Source of the DNA: Octopus vulgaris
Taxonomy: Eukaryota
Direction of reading: 5' to 3'
Length of the DNA stretch: 64,000 nucleotides
Assembly: GCA_951406725.2 (NCBI GenBank)
Contig: OX597825.1
Span: 80,910,001-80,974,000, forward strand
Shown here: in pieces, positions 14,235 through 29,762 of the stretch
Numbering within the stretch: position 1 is the stretch's first letter
How the letters are laid out: the number at the start of each line of letters is the position of its first letter
Notes under the pieces: model-generated
What the model was told of the DNA's origin: nothing
Databases searched by the model: none
What the model saw: the letters and a program-made list of their open reading frames with translations, nothing else
Program-made: the position numbers and the translations under genes

Positions 14235-14863
14235 ATGACGACGACGACGACCACCACCACCACCACCACAACCACCACCACCACCACCACCACCACCACC
14301 ACCACCACCACCACCACCACCACCACAACCACCACCACCACCACACCACCACCACCACCACCACCACCACCACCACACCACCACAACCACCACCACCACC
14401 ACCACCACCACCACCACCACCACAACCACCAAAACAACCACCACCACCACCACCACCACCACCACAACACAACCACCACCACCACCACCACCACCACCAC
14501 CACCACCACCACCACCACCACCACCACAACCACCACCACCACCACCACCACAACCACCACCACCACCACCACCACCACAACCATCACCATCACCACCAAC
14601 ACAACCACCACCATCACCACTACCACCACCACCAACACCACCACCAACACCACCACCACCACCACAACCACCACCACCACCACCACCACCACCACAACCA
14701 CCACCACCACCACCCATCACCACCACCACCACCACCACAACCACAACCACAACCACCACAACCACCACCACCACAACCACCACCACCACCAGAACCACCA
14801 CCACCACCAGAACCACCAGAACCACCACCACCACCACCACCACCACATCCACGACCACCACGT

Positions 14864-14896
<33 letters not shown>

Positions 14897-14900
14897 GCAA
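14235..14900. repeat. (CAC)n/(CAA)n tract
   Basis: Direct inspection. Confidence 0.97.
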
Positions 14901-15623
14901 TAACAAAGATAACAATAGCAATAACGGTAACTACATTATCAACAACAGGATTAGCCGTCATATTCTAGGAAAGTCGCTTATTGCATGAACGCTTGGCCAT
15001 TCACATCCGCCAGACAAGCTTGTTGTTCCTAAACCTAATCTCATTATCTTAAATACACACGCAAACACTATCTATTTCTCGGAAATTAGTTACCACAAAG
15101 CTTTCTGTTTGTAGTTTACCCCACACCAAATTAAAATATTTCTCTTCACTTTAATTTCTCTCAATTGCTTTACTTCAAATGAGCTATAATTCCAAGAACA
15201 TCATAGTTTTAATAAATCAGTCTTACATTTCTTTCACGTTTCCTAAATCCAAACTATTTGAAAACCACGCAAAACGCAATTTTTCCTTGCCTTGTAAAGG
15301 ATTAAACAGTCACTTCTGATACGAACAACGGTACGAACAACGAGAGATCTTACTGTACGAACAACGAGAGATCAAGTGTCCGAGTGAATCCGGTGTCTGA
15401 AAACTGGCCAAATTGTTAATGGTTTGTAATCTGTAATGTAACCCGCTAATACTTTATGCTCATAACCAAAACACTTAGATCACAAACGAGAGACCAGCAT
15501 CTTCTGAATTGACATTAAGCTAGCCATGTCATTCAGAGATAAAGGTGTCCATTTGACAAGAGATTTGGTACTTAGCAGCGCCGAATTCAATTAACTCTAA
15601 AACGGTGGGAAAAGGTTGCGTGA

Positions 15624-15685
<62 letters not shown>

Positions 15686-15800
15686 AAACGGGCAAGAAAC
15701 AAAAAGAAATCTTACTTTTTCTTACGGATAATTTTTATACTTATTTTCACTGTAAGTCCTAAAACTATAATAATTGTTAGTCTGTCACACGATAAAATTT

Positions 15801-16145
15801 AATAATAATAATAATAATGAAATTATTGTATACAGTGCTCAGGTGCACCGCAACTTGTCAGAAAGTGCATATAAAGTACATGCAGTAATGTACAAATGTC
15901 TGGAAAGCGAACAGTGTATGAGTCAGATACATGCTTGTGTGTGTATGGCGGGGAGAAAATCAGGTGTAGTGTTGGCGAATCTCAGAAAGCATGGAAGTTT
16001 TGAAGGATGCAGTGCTCTGACAACTAACAACTGATGCCGGCAGTTTGTTCCATGCTTCAGCAACTCTTAGCGTGAAAAAATGTTTCCAAAAGTCGTGGGA
16101 GCTGTGCTGTTGTCTGACTTTGTAAACATGTCCACGGGTGTTAGA
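15801..16145 (-). mobile_element. CR1-clade LINE 3' end with (TTA)n tail
   Basis: Minus translation NTRGHVYKVRQQ...KHFFTLRVAEAWNKLPASVV...ASFK matches the CR1 ORF2 C-terminus; short TAA run at 15801-15818. Confidence 0.8.
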
Positions 16146-16149
16146 AAGG

Positions 16150-16613
16150 TGCTCAGAGTTATTGTTTGTAAGATGGTTAATAATTTTATGGATTTATTGA
16201 AAAGTGCTGTAAAATATTCGCTTTGCTTTGCTTCTTGAGCGTGTGTAGTAAATTCATTTGAGATCGCCGCATTATTGTTGCGAAACGAATGAAGAAATGG
16301 AGAAATATCGGTCCACTTGTTTCTGCATCCAGAGTTAGCTGAAGCAACATTTGCCCTTGCGCTATCTAGAACATCACCATCATCATCTACCTCATCTGAT
16401 GATGAAGGAAAGTCAGAATAAGAAAACAAAAGAGGCTTCTTCCGCGCTATATAAACCTTGCCTTTGAGATTTCACTTCTGCCGGCGATAACGGTTGTTTA
16501 CGCTTCGGTGCATTTGATGAAGTAGACGCTAGGGTATCAGGGTATCAACTAACGACCGCATTCATGTAAAACGTTTTTAACATCAGTGGATGATGGCCGC
16601 TGTTTAAGAGTTG
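16150..16613 (-). mobile_element. Possible piggyBac-like 5' remnant
   Basis: Acidic N-terminal ORF piece (SSSDEVDDDGD...EYFTALFNKSIKLL) and a degenerate ttaaccct-like end near 16613; weak. Confidence 0.3.
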
Positions 16614-16737
16614 ATATTTGAAGCAAAAATATACGCCATATTTAAAAACCATTTGTTTGTCTTCGATTAACACGCATGAAGGATGAAGGAAAGAAACATT
16701 GATATAATGTATGGTTGTGATTTTGGTAAGAAATTAA

Positions 16738-16848
16738 GATCCGTGGCACCTTGGGCAAGTGTCTTCTACTATAGCCTCGGGACGACCAAAGCCTTGTGAG
16801 CGGATTTGGTAGACGGAAACTGAAAGAAGCCCGTCGTATATATATGTA

Positions 16849-16924
<76 letters not shown>

Positions 16925-17172
16925 CGTATGTGTGCGTGCGTGTGTGTGTGTGTTTACGTTTGTGTGTCAGTGTTTGTCCCCCCAACATCGCTTGACAACC
17001 GATGCTGGTGTGTTTACGTCCCCGTAACTTAGCAGTTCGGCAAAAGAGACCGATAGAATAAGTACTAGGCTTACAAAGAATAAGTCCTGGGGGCGATTTG
17101 CTTGACTAAAGGCGGTGCTCCAGCATGGCCACAGTCAAATGACTGAAACAAATAAAAGAGTAAAAGAGTAAA
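16738..17172 (+). mobile_element. SINE family A, 5' truncated
   Basis: Matches family A from cgtggcaccttgggcaag to the tail. Confidence 0.9.
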
Positions 17173-17258
17173 ATATACATACATATATAGCTACGTACGT
17201 ACGTATGTATGTACGTACGTATGTATGTATGTATGTATGTATGTATAAACATACGTAC

Positions 17259-17323
<65 letters not shown>

Positions 17324-17339
17324 CGGATGTATAGGAAGA

Positions 17340-17860
17340 ACTGTCCTCAAGGACACAGTCCTGTTGGATATATGTGATCCTTAGAGGAAACATTATGCAG
17401 ATGCATTGGGGACAGCAGCTGCTGAACAACTTTCTTTTTGGGAAATGGCAGCTGACCTGGCTCCATGAGACATTGAGTCTGAGAAACAGACACCAAAGCA
17501 AACAACCACAGCAAGCAACAAAAGCTACAGTGTGGCCACCTCTGACACTTCTACGTTTGTCAGACCAGTGGTCATTACCGACTCCCTGTATGCCACACCA
17601 GCATCCTTGCTGATTATCAGGGTCCTTGTCACGTCCTGCCAACACAAAACCCAATACCCGTGTCTGTAAATTCAAACCCTACCAGAGCTTTGCAGATTGA
17701 GCAGCCTACAAAACCCTGCGATCTACTTTAACTTGTAACCTGCTCGCTCGATCCTACTATTTGGTAAGCTTTATCTCAACACGTTCCTCTAGGTGTTCTT
17801 TCCAAGGCACCGCCAGTTCTTCCACGAACTGAATCTATCCTGTAACTCTCCAATTCAGTG
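17340..17860 (-). mobile_element. Decayed HERO-like RLE 3' fragment
   Basis: Minus-strand translation ELAVPWKEHLEERVEIKLTK then VKVDRR/FVGCSICKAL matches ELTVPWEE...K..KY and VEVGCRGF, with stops and a frameshift. Confidence 0.6.
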
Positions 17861-18349
17861 TTATAATGTCTACGACAAAGCTTGCCCTTTAATATTTGAC
17901 AGTAGACCAGTTTCACAGTTTTCTTTATTTAATTTCGCAGACATACATCGGGCACAAGCAAGGTTTTAAAGAAGGTAATTCCCGACTGTGCTGTATAGCG
18001 ATATCGAACTTGCAAAGCTGACAATGAAAAATTTAGTCACGCTGCACCGATATTATGTACAAATAATGCACCGTCGTAAGAGCGAAGTAATTTATCTCGC
18101 TTCGATCAACAGAACGTAAAACGTTGGTATAGTAACAGAAGTTATGAATATTATATCCAACTGTGTTATGTTTGACAATCAGACGTTTAAACAGAAGCTT
18201 GTTCACGGTATTAATTAATTATGAAATGTTATATGAATAAGAAAGGAAAAGATAACTGCATCATGCACCATTTTGTTCTGTCGCTCTTTAAGGGAAACAA
18301 TATGAATCATCGTGGTAAAATAAACGATCATATAAAGTTACACACATAC

Positions 18350-18413
<64 letters not shown>

Positions 18414-18609
18414 TCATACGGGTAGTTTACCTTTGTAAATATTTACATTTTCTGGTCCGGATGACGACTAAAATCACTCACAAAACGGTTCGCATCAGAA
18501 AACTAATATACGCCTGAAACAAAAACAGAACCAGCAAAAGAGAGTAAATAGAAGAACGAAGCAATTTCACAGGCGATTTACTGTTTCAATATGTAAGAAA
18601 TAAAACTGA

Positions 18610-18840
18610 GGCGGAGATCTGGCAGAAACGTTAGCGCGTCGGGGAAAGTGCTTAGCAGTATTTCGTCTGTCTTCACGTTCTGAGTTCAAATTCCGCCGAC
18701 GTCGACTTCGCCTTTCATCCTTTCGGGGTCGATAAATTAATTATCAGTTACACATTGGTGTCGATGTAATCGACTTAATCCCTTTTTACATCCTTCTTTG
18801 TCTCACCTATGTTTAGCCCCCTGTGGGCAATAAAGATATT
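18610..18840 (+). mobile_element. SINE family B
   Basis: Head and body match; imperfect aatatgtaaga flanking duplication. Confidence 0.85.
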
Positions 18841-19392
18841 AATATGTAAGACTAAAATTAAGGCGGCGAATGTGTGTGGTGGACTCGAACGAAAAGATTA
18901 GAGACAAACACTTACCTTTCTGGCCAATCGCTCATCAACGTTTTCAAGTACCACTTGAAAAGGAAGGTGAGAATGGAGAGGCAGGTTTTGTCTCGCGAAA
19001 GTTTCAAAAAAAGGGTGGGTGAATGTTGCAAAGATGATGCGTGCGAGTGACGAAACCACTTTGAGCGTGATCCTGTAAATCGAAGAGAGAGAGAGAGAGT
19101 GAGCACTTTGCTCTCATGCTTTTATTCCCTCCCTGCTTGAGCTTACCGTGGCCTTTTCCGTAGGCTTTTCTTTCCACAGATAAACCTAATCTTACATTTT
19201 ACATTTTAAAAATTCTTCTGTGATACACGATTGCTTTTGATCGTTTTTTCCCCCCTGATCCCTTTTGATCGGAATTTTACTGTTTTTCTTATTTTTCCTC
19301 TTTGTTTCATTTTCGAAAAGAAAAGCTCTACATTTGTATTTGGTCCCTCTGTGTTCAACCTTGTGAGGCCAACAAAGAAAGTTATCTATCTA

Positions 19393-19534
<142 letters not shown>

Positions 19535-19559
19535 CATCTATCCATCCATCCATCCGTCC

Positions 19560-19643
<84 letters not shown>

Positions 19644-20748
19644 GTCTGTCTGTCTATCTGCCTGTCGGTCCGTCTGTCTGCGTAATGTTTATAGAGTCTT
19701 GTATATAAACTCTACAAGCATAATAATTGCAATTGTCACCGGAACACTTATAAAAATGATATTAATCAATAAGTCAACCACATTTTACCACCTTGTACTT
19801 TTTATACACACACATACACTGATGCATAGGCATACATTCACACTGACACACATACACACACACACACATATGAAAAACTGCAGTGATTAGCAAAGTATGG
19901 CTACATACAACAATATACACACACACAGATACATACAGTTTATCGTTTACTCTTTCTCTACACATACACTTATATGTGTATGTACATGTATATATATATA
20001 TGCATATATTGGGTGTCAGGCCAAGGAACAGGTCATTAGTGTCAAAATACTTTTTAACATCAAGCTTCACGCAAATTCTTCCCCACATAACATACAAACG
20101 ACATTTATCACCTTCATCAATAACGCCATATTGTTCACTCCATCAAACTGGAAAATGTCGTTCATTTCCTATTTACGATAATTTAATTTCTTTGTTATTA
20201 ACACTTGTTATCATTGTGACAAAGTTCAGAAAATAATAACTTGGGAAAATAAATGAACGTTATGAATTTTCTATATCGTGTTCGCCTGATCAAGCAGGCA
20301 ATAAGTTGCTATTTTATTAATTAACTGAAATTAATTTACGGGTTGAAATGTAAAGTGCTGTGTCATAAGATTTCATTGATAAACACTTAGCTTTTCAGAC
20401 TAATATGTCAACTTCTAAGTTATTTGTGAAATTTAAGAAACGTTTTATAGCGTGATATTGCAGGGAGATATTTTTTTCTTGCGAACTGCATCATGTATTA
20501 CCAAAAACCTCATGAGGTGTCGCTAGTATTGTAGGTTCGCGTCTCTGTTCTAACGTATGAATTAAAATTAGTGCGTAACCAGGTGACACACACACACACT
20601 CACATACACACACACACGTACACACACACACACACACACAAACATGCACACACACACATGTACACACACACATGTACACACACACAAATATACACACACA
20701 TCCAGATCATATTATGTCTTGATAACTAAATTAACGTCTGACGAAGTA

Positions 20749-20948
20749 GTTTACTCTTTACTCTCTTTTACTCTTTTACTTGTTTCAGTCATTTGACTGC
20801 GGCCATGCTGGAGCACCGCCTTTAGTCGAGCAAATCGTCCCCGGGGCTTATTCTTTGTAAGCCCAGTACTTATTCTATCGGTCTCTTTTGCCGAACAGCT
20901 AAGTAACGGGGACGTAAACACACCAGCATCGGTTGTCAAGCAATGCTA

Positions 20949-20990
<42 letters not shown>

Positions 20991-21162
20991 CATATATACG
21001 ACAGGCTTTTTTCAGTTTCCGTCTAACAAATCCACTCACAAGGCATTGGTCGGCCCGGGGCTATAGCAGAAGACACTTGCTCAAGATGCCACGCAGTGGG
21101 ACTGAACCCGGAACCATGTGGCTGGTAAGCAAGCTACTTACCACACAGCCACTCCTGCGCCT
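20749..21162 (-). mobile_element. SINE family A, full length
   Basis: Reverse complement match over the whole length. Confidence 0.9.
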
Positions 21163-21382
21163 AGTTAGTTATTTTGCTTTCTAATGTAGCTTATTAATAA
21201 AGCACATTCATGGAAACGTTCGTTACATAATTAACTAGTTCACTTAATATTCAATATACATATATATATATATTTCATATATATATATATCGGTTATAAG
21301 AGGTAAAGGTGTCAGTAAGACCTAAAGGCGTGAGGTAATGCTGAGTAAGTGCTTAACTATTGCTTAATCATTTTCTCATACC

Positions 21383-21430
21383 GTCTCCGGTGAAGGAATA
21401 TAATAAATATCCTGGAAACAGCTGTAAGAC
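21383..21430 (+). ncRNA. Degenerate hammerhead motif
   Basis: GUCU-CCGGUGA-...ggaauau/auaucc...-GAAA-CAGCUG-UA-AGAC; palindromic helix III. Confidence 0.55.
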
Positions 21431-21507
21431 CTATTCATAAATGTTCTAAAACCTTCACAGCCTTGGTTTTTTTAATCTCATTCTGAATATATATATATAT
21501 ACATATA

Positions 21508-21597
21508 CGAATGTCGAAGCGAAGATCATTCTTGCTGGCTATTAATAGCCATTAATAGCCGACGAGAATGCATCGTAGCTCTTCGCTCCGACATTCG
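21508..21597. repeat. Imperfect palindrome
   Basis: cgaatgtcgaagcgaaga / tcttcgctccgacattcg outer stem; cattcttgctggctattaat / attaatagccgacgagaatg inner stem. Confidence 0.8.
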
Positions 21598-21744
21598 AAA
21601 CTCCGAGTGCTATAATGGCTCATATATATGTGTGTATGTATGTATGTATGTATAAGTATATATACTTGTTCTGAATTCTGGTTGTCGAGATAAAAGCTCT
21701 AATTTGCATGTTTAGCAAACTTCGAGACGAAACAATGGGTAAGG

Positions 21745-22574
<830 letters not shown>

Positions 22575-22950
22575 GACATTGTGCGTGTAAAGTATTGAAA
22601 GATAAGGTGATGGTGAAACAAAAAGAGAACCGTAAATGAAGAGTGAAATATTTAAATGAATGTTTAAATCAGGCGAAATTGAATGGCAAAAGATGGTTAT
22701 GAAAAAATAGAATATGTATAGACATGTGTGTCTATATATGTGTGTGTGCGCGCGCGTGTGTGTTTGTACGTGTGCGTCTTTACTTGTGTAAGTATGTGTA
22801 TACATTTATTTACATCCACACAAAAAATACAGAAACACACACACACATATGTATATATATATATTTATGCATATATATTTACATGCATACTTAAATACAC
22901 TTACGGCACATACATAGGCATATGTATGGAGCGTGTGTACTTGTGTGTGC

Positions 22951-23015
<65 letters not shown>

Positions 23016-24254
23016 CTTGATGTGATATCTATAAAACCATTCATACACACTTAAATACATGCATTCACAAACACATACCATCATTAATATATTAATAGAT
23101 ATGATACACATTATAAGTCCAATGAATTAACTCCCCTGCGATATAACTCTTCACAGTGGTTTAAGTGAGAGGACAAACAATGACACCTCAGTCTCACATG
23201 AAAAATTCATATCAGAATCGCCACTGAACTCGATTTTCTCTTCGAACAATGGCCACTCTTGATAACACTTCGATTGTTCGAACATACGAGGCAGCAATTA
23301 ATGTTTTGTTGTCTGAGACGGCGGTGTTTTTTCAATGGAAATTTTGCAAAAGTGAAAACAGAATTAAAAAAAGGAAATAATTTAATAGGAGACCGAAAAT
23401 AATCGTTGCTAGATCGCCACTAAGGAAAATCAATGAAGAAAATAAATAGAGGAGAAATAGATATTGACTATCTGTTGATTCTTTATATTTTCTTAGAGTT
23501 TAGTGAGATATTTATGCTTGAAAGTGATAATCACAAGTGTGAAATAAAATAGGTAGAAAAATAAAACAAGAAGAAAAATTGTTTAAGAGAAAAATTGAGA
23601 GACAATGAGAAAGATGGACAAATACGCTGGTAGACAGCTAGCTAGATAGACAGGTATGGAGTCAAAGATTTACGTATGTATAGACATAGAGGAAGAGAGA
23701 TAAATAGAGGCTTTGAATAATAGAAGGTTAGTTAACGGGCATAAATTCCATCAACACTCTACTAAATAGAAGTTGTAAAAGAAATACAAGTTTTGGATCA
23801 GGAATGGCAAACCTATGATGGAGATCAGAAGGAAGCAGTCGTAGTTTTAGCTAACAAGTAATGGAGTTTGAAAGTCATTTCCCTCTAATAAAAAAAGTTT
23901 GTGTAGATGCATTTAGTAAAAGCTAAGCCACAAAAAACAGCGACATGCGCATCTATCGAACTCGTGGTCTCTTCTTGGGCGATTACTTTTTGTCTACCTC
24001 TGAAATAGAATGTGTTTTAAAACAATATGTTTATGAAATGATTGTTCCCAAACAAAAACAATAGCTTCAGGCCTTTCAACAATATGTGTGTGTGTGTATG
24101 TGTGTTATGTGTGTGTGTTATCCATGTCATATAGATACAAATTTATTTCTAGAGTTTCTTCTATTGTATACATAGAATAGAATACAAGTATATATTCTCT
24201 TAGTAGGAGTGTTAATTGAATTTATATTTCGATATGTAGGTTTTCCATGGGGTT

Positions 24255-24336
24255 GTAGTAAACATTTGCCCAAAGTATCACGCAGTGGGACTGAACCCGG
24301 AACCGTGTGGTTGGGAAGCAAGCTTCTTACCACACG
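24255..24336 (-). mobile_element. SINE family A head fragment (similar heads on + at 38329-38408 and 42362-42448)
   Basis: tRNA-like head through ttgggcaa only. Confidence 0.7.
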
Positions 24337-24399
24337 GCAACACATATACATGTACATATATATGTACATACGTACATACAGATACGCATATGTACGTAA

Positions 24400-24444
<45 letters not shown>

Positions 24445-25178
24445 TACATACATATACATACATTTACGAACACATATATACATGCATACATACACACACA
24501 TACATAAATACATACATGCATACACACACATGCATAAATACATACATACACACATATACATACGTACACACACATACATACATGCATTTGCATATACATA
24601 TATACATACATACACACATACTTACATACACACACATACATACATACATACATACATACACACACATACATACATACATACATACATACATACATACATA
24701 CATACATACATACATACATACATACATACGTACCTACATGCATACATACAAAACTGTAGATCGGTTCGTTGATATTCCCTCCCTGGCCAATTATTATCAG
24801 TCCAATTATTTTCATATATATATTTCCCTAAGTGTTATTTAGACAAGCAGGGCGACATTACATCAGCCTTGTAATTGTATTGACATAGCAATAAATCACC
24901 AATACCAGTATATATAATCGATGGCTGAGTCTGTGTGTATGGAGTCGGGACAGACGCTGTTTTTTGTAGCGTTCTGTTTGGGCAATGTTTGCTGTTCATC
25001 AAATATTTTGTCGACTCTTTTGTGAGCCATTGTGACTATTGGAGACAATATACACACGCCCCCACACGTATTCACCACTCACCCACATTCACCATTCACA
25101 CACACACACACACACACTCACATACATGTACACGTGTGTGAGTGTATGTTATATACGTGTGTGTATATGTATATGTGT

Positions 25179-25430
25179 GGAGGTGCGTGGCTGGCTTAGT
25201 GGTTAGGGTGTCAGCATCATGATCGTTAGATTGTGGTTTTGATTCCTGGACCGGGCGACGCGTTGTGTTCTTGAGCAAAACACTTCATTTCACGTTGCTC
25301 CAGTCCACTCAGCTGGCAAAAATGAGTAACGTTGCGATGGACTAGCGTCCTATCCAGTTGGGGAACACATACGCCTTTGAAACCGGGAAACCGGGCCCAT
25401 GAGCCTGGCTAGGCTTTAAAAGGGCGAGAA
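25179..25430 (+). mobile_element. tRNA-derived SINE family D
   Basis: tggcttagtggttagg A-box, degenerate B-box, gttcttgagcaaaacact core, gcgatggactagcgtcc motif. Confidence 0.75.
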
Positions 25431-25463
25431 GAAACTATGTATTTGTATATGTATATGCATACA

Positions 25464-26157
25464 TACAAGGAGGTACCCAAAAGTAAGTGGAAACGTTCTG
25501 TAGGACAAGCCTGTTGTAGTTCAGGCTTCCACTGCTAGAAGCAACTTGATGTGAACCTCAGGCATCAGTCTGCAAGACGGATTCGTCCTGTGTAGTCGTA
25601 ATGTCACGTCTTGCGTCTTTGTTTTGTTGTGCTTCTCCTCTGTTTGTCGATTTTTGCAATGGCTGAATCGAAGGGAGATCGTGCTTCCGTGGAATTCTGT
25701 TTTCTGCGAGGGAAAAACGGTGGCAGAAACACATATCATGCTTCAGACTTGGAAGCGACATGCTGTACTGCTTGGCATTCGCGCCGGAAGCTCCAATACG
25801 AACATTCCAGAGTATTTGAGTGTCAATCTGAGGACAGTGCAGAGGAATCGGAAAGAGTTGGGTGAGTCTAATGGTGATTAGGAAGGTACAGCAACTCGGA
25901 AAACTTACTCTGATCGTTCTGATAAGAAAAGAACTCCTGAATTTGTTGTTAAGATCCAGGCCATGATTGACAACGATCCCTCCAAGTCAATCAGGTCCAT
26001 CGTCTGGGTTATGGAAGTTTCTGAATTTCTTATCAGCCAAGTAGTTCATGAAGACATTCGGTATTCCTCATACAAAATGAGAAAGGACCAATTTTTATCC
26101 CAAGCCATCAAGGATAAGAAGAAAGACCGCGCTACAAAGCTTTTGAACAAACTCAAG
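25464..26157 (+). mobile_element. Tc1/mariner-superfamily transposon 5' fragment (HTH region)
   Basis: TAcaaggaggtacccaaaagtaa terminus; ...NLRTVQR...RTPEFV..IQAMIDNDPSKSIRSI...VVHEDIRY.SYKMRK.QFLS, broken by stops and truncated before the catalytic domain. Confidence 0.75.
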
Positions 26158-26317
26158 GGCGCGAAAGCTACGTTGTTATCCTCATTCCGTAAACGGTGGC
26201 TTTAACGGGTGGAGATCTGAACCATCCTGGGGTACAGAGGATTCGCAATCTAGACTAGGGTCTGAAAGTTTACCACACCATAGTGGGTTACACCATGGTT
26301 CCTCTGCTTTGTGGCAG

Positions 26318-26738
26318 AAGTAGGAAGAAAGAGTGAGAGAAAGTTGTGGTGAAAGAGTACAGCGGGGTTCAACACCCACCCACGCCGCCGGAGCCTCGTG
26401 GAGCTTAGGTGCTTTTGCTCAATAAACACTCACAATGCCCGGTCTGGGAATCGAAATCACGTTCTTACGACCTATTTCAAGGGGCTATACTCAGAGAGGA
26501 CAAACAAGGATAGACAAACGGATTAAGTCGATTATATCGACCTCAGTGAGTAACTGGTACTTATTTAATCGACCCCGAAAGGATGAAAGACAAAGTTTAC
26601 CTCGGCGGAATTTGAACTCAGAACGTAGCGGCAGACGAAATACGGCTACGTATTTCGCCCGGCGTGCTAACGTTTCTGCCAGCTCGCTCGTCTTACAACC
26701 GCGAGTCCGCTGCCCTAACCACTGGGCCATTGCGCCTG
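26318..26738 (-). mobile_element. SINE family C, partial, interrupted by family B
   Basis: Matches 8530-8700 once the family B insert is removed. Confidence 0.8.
26473..26690 (-). mobile_element. SINE family B nested in the tRNA head of a family C SINE
   Basis: Flanked by tcttacgacc (26463-26472) and tcttacaacc (26691-26700). Confidence 0.85.
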
Positions 26739-27339
26739 CACTCTGTTGCTGCAACGGACAAAGGGTGTGTAAACGTTAGCTACGACGGTTTGTGAAGTAT
26801 AAGCTACAACTGCTTGTAAAATTTAGCTGTAGTGGCTTGCAACAGTAAATGGTGCTTCAGTTCGTATTTTCAGTGTTCGTTACAATGACCGAAGCTGGTT
26901 AAATCCTCGCAAGTAAAATGAAACCTCTGCGAATTGTCTAAGTTGAAATGACCTGTTATCAGTGAACAGAAATGAGAAATAATATGTAGTATCATAGACA
27001 ATTAGCTGTACAATTCCTGGCTGATGCGGTGATTACTGTAATATAATTAGTCTTCAGAGACGTTCTTTATAGTTATTGGTAAAAGATTGTAAAAGGGGCT
27101 GGTGGTAAAAAAGCTCGAATTTAAAGTGACCGACTCGGGTTCGAATCCTAAAATTTGTGAAAAGCTGTTGACCAAACGGCAGAAGTTTTGTTTATCTTTC
27201 GTGCCATTTTCTCTTCTGCATCGACAGCAGCAGCTGTGACCCACACTTTATTGTTTGTTGTGTAATCTGGCTTTTATATAGCTACATGTCTGTCCTTAGG
27301 CACCGCTGACGGAATCAATTGATCTTAATCATGATACAT

Positions 27340-27369
27340 AGATACATACATGCATACATACATACATAT

Positions 27370-27460
<91 letters not shown>

Positions 27461-27753
27461 CATACATACATACATATATATATATATATACATACATATA
27501 TATATATGTATATATACATATATATATTCATATATATATATATACACATACACCCACACACATACATATATATGTATATGTATATATATATATGTTTATG
27601 TATGTATATATATGGATGTATATATATGCATATATATATGTATGTATGTATGTATATATATATATGTATGTATATATATATATGTATACACACATATATA
27701 ATATATGTATATATACATTTACACACACATTTATATATATACATATATATACA

Positions 27754-27828
<75 letters not shown>
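27340..27828. repeat. Compound (TA)n/(CATA)n/(TG)n tract, representative of many (1-270, 9630-9905, 24340-24750, 46040-46455, 53390-53655, 62852-63075)
   Basis: Direct inspection. Confidence 0.97.
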
Positions 27829-28349
27829 ACTCAAACTTTTAGGTTATATTTGTTCTAGCTTAATAGGGATTGAGAGCCAACGGTCGCCTAATCCTAGTTA
27901 ATCTTGTTAACATGTCTTTCCGGAAACACACTTTGTAACATATTGATTTCTTCCAACTTGAAAGTATATCGATAGTGTAAAAATATTGTTACTTAATTCA
28001 TCGATCAATACTGGACAATGACTCTGGACTGTCATGAAAAATTCATCACCTTCCTTTGTTAGCCATTTCTAGTGTTTTCGTGCCGTGTATCGGCTCAAGA
28101 TTTGTGTGGTTAATTTTAGGCTCTATAAAAATAAGAAACCGTTAGAGGACCAGTGAAACAGAAGCTGACGCAGGTTTCACTTTTAACAAGATTTGACGAT
28201 AAACCTCATTGGTGTCATGTAACATTGTCAAACGTTTCATCGTGATTTGAACTTAGAAAGTAAAGGCAAGTTCACCAAATTTTACTAACCCAACAACAAC
28301 AATGATAATGATGATGATAATAATAATACTAATACTAATACTAATTATG

Positions 28350-28419
<70 letters not shown>

Positions 28420-28424
28420 TTTTT

Positions 28425-28924
28425 AATAATTGTGTTTTCGCAATAAATTGTCCACTGAAATAACAAAACACTTCAGGACGATTTCTACACTGTCTTGACA
28501 TTGTTAACACTGTAAAACAAGTAAGGAAATAGATACAAACGGTTATACTTGTATTGAATTTGAGATGATGAAATATTTCATCAGACCAATTATGACTGGA
28601 CAATTTCAGATGTTGAAATACTTATTTCATCAGACAAAACTTGATTGGTTAATTTTAAGATGATGAAATATTGCTTCTGAACTATGCAGCAATGAATAAT
28701 GTAGTTTATTTTAAAGGTATGTTGCCATGATGTAAATGAAATACATGCTTACACGTCATTAATTAGAATTTCTATATAATGCGTGAGCTAAAACCTAAAA
28801 TCTTTCTCATCTTGAAAACTGTACGTGATGTCAAAAAACTAATTTTTTATTTGAAATCAGCGTTAAAAACTACATTGAGTTCACCTTGACATAGGCTTGA
28901 TGAAAAATATTTGTTGACAAGTGT
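28425..28924 (-). mobile_element. 5' end of a DNA transposon (family not assigned)
   Basis: Short ORF start MSRQCRNRPEVFCYFSGQFI resembles CxNxPDxFCYxCG N-termini I recall from widespread DNA transposons; terminus-like acacttgtcaacaaa and internal gatgatgaaatat repeats. Confidence 0.45.
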
Positions 28925-29762
28925 TATCGTATCGATCCTTGGGGGTTAGGTGTGTGGATGAGAAGTAAAGTTGGCTCCAGTGGAATCCGAACTCAGAAAG
29001 CAATGACCCGGAAGAAATACTGCTTGATATTTTGTCCTGCGCTTCACAGATTTCGCTGCTGGTATTTTCCAAAAGGAAATCACAGAAAAAAGTGAAAAAG
29101 AATATATTTGAAAAGGTTAGAGTTTGTACTGAAGTCGAGAGTAAATTCAAAGAATTTGATAAATAAGGTAAAGACGTGAATAAATGTCATGCGTTGTTCC
29201 TACATAAAACGGAAAATTGGAGATAGATAGAGATAGGGAGGGAGAGAGAGAGAGAGAGTGAGGGGAGAGAGAGAGAGTGAGGGGGACTTGTTAGCATTTC
29301 TGATTGTGTGGTTGAAGAACAAAGTTCTGTAAAGCATTACTTTTCAAAGAGTGAAGAACTACTTAAACATGCTGCAACTTGGATTTACTTGTATGGAATT
29401 TCAAGAGATGAAAGTACAAGCTGGATAATTTGTGAAAGAAAGAACGCACCAGAAGAAAATGTAGTCACGAGGACAATTATATCGATGAATGTCAAAAATA
29501 ATAACATTTTGGTGGGAGTGACGTTAGAATGGAGATTTATCGTGAGAAACCGAAAGTTTGTTAACGGCTGCGCAAAATCAAACTCTAACTAATAGTTTAG
29601 TGAATAAGAGTATTTATTCCACTGCTTCCACAGACAGGGGCCACCATTATAATCAACGAGTAGAAAATACTGAGTTATACTGTTGCGGGATGCATAATTT
29701 TATCTTGGGAAGGACATAAGCGACGTCTTGCTGAGGTTTGTATTAACTCTATAACAAATATA

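Noticed and set aside
14109-14968. Poly-His/Pro/Thr/Gly ORFs
   Set aside because: CAC triplet repeat with frame slips and no unique coding context.
18880-19380. Possible minus-strand exon (AG|GTAAGT donor at about 18911-18919)
   Set aside because: Single splice-like motif with no recognisable protein; could equally be a repeat. Needs RNA-seq.
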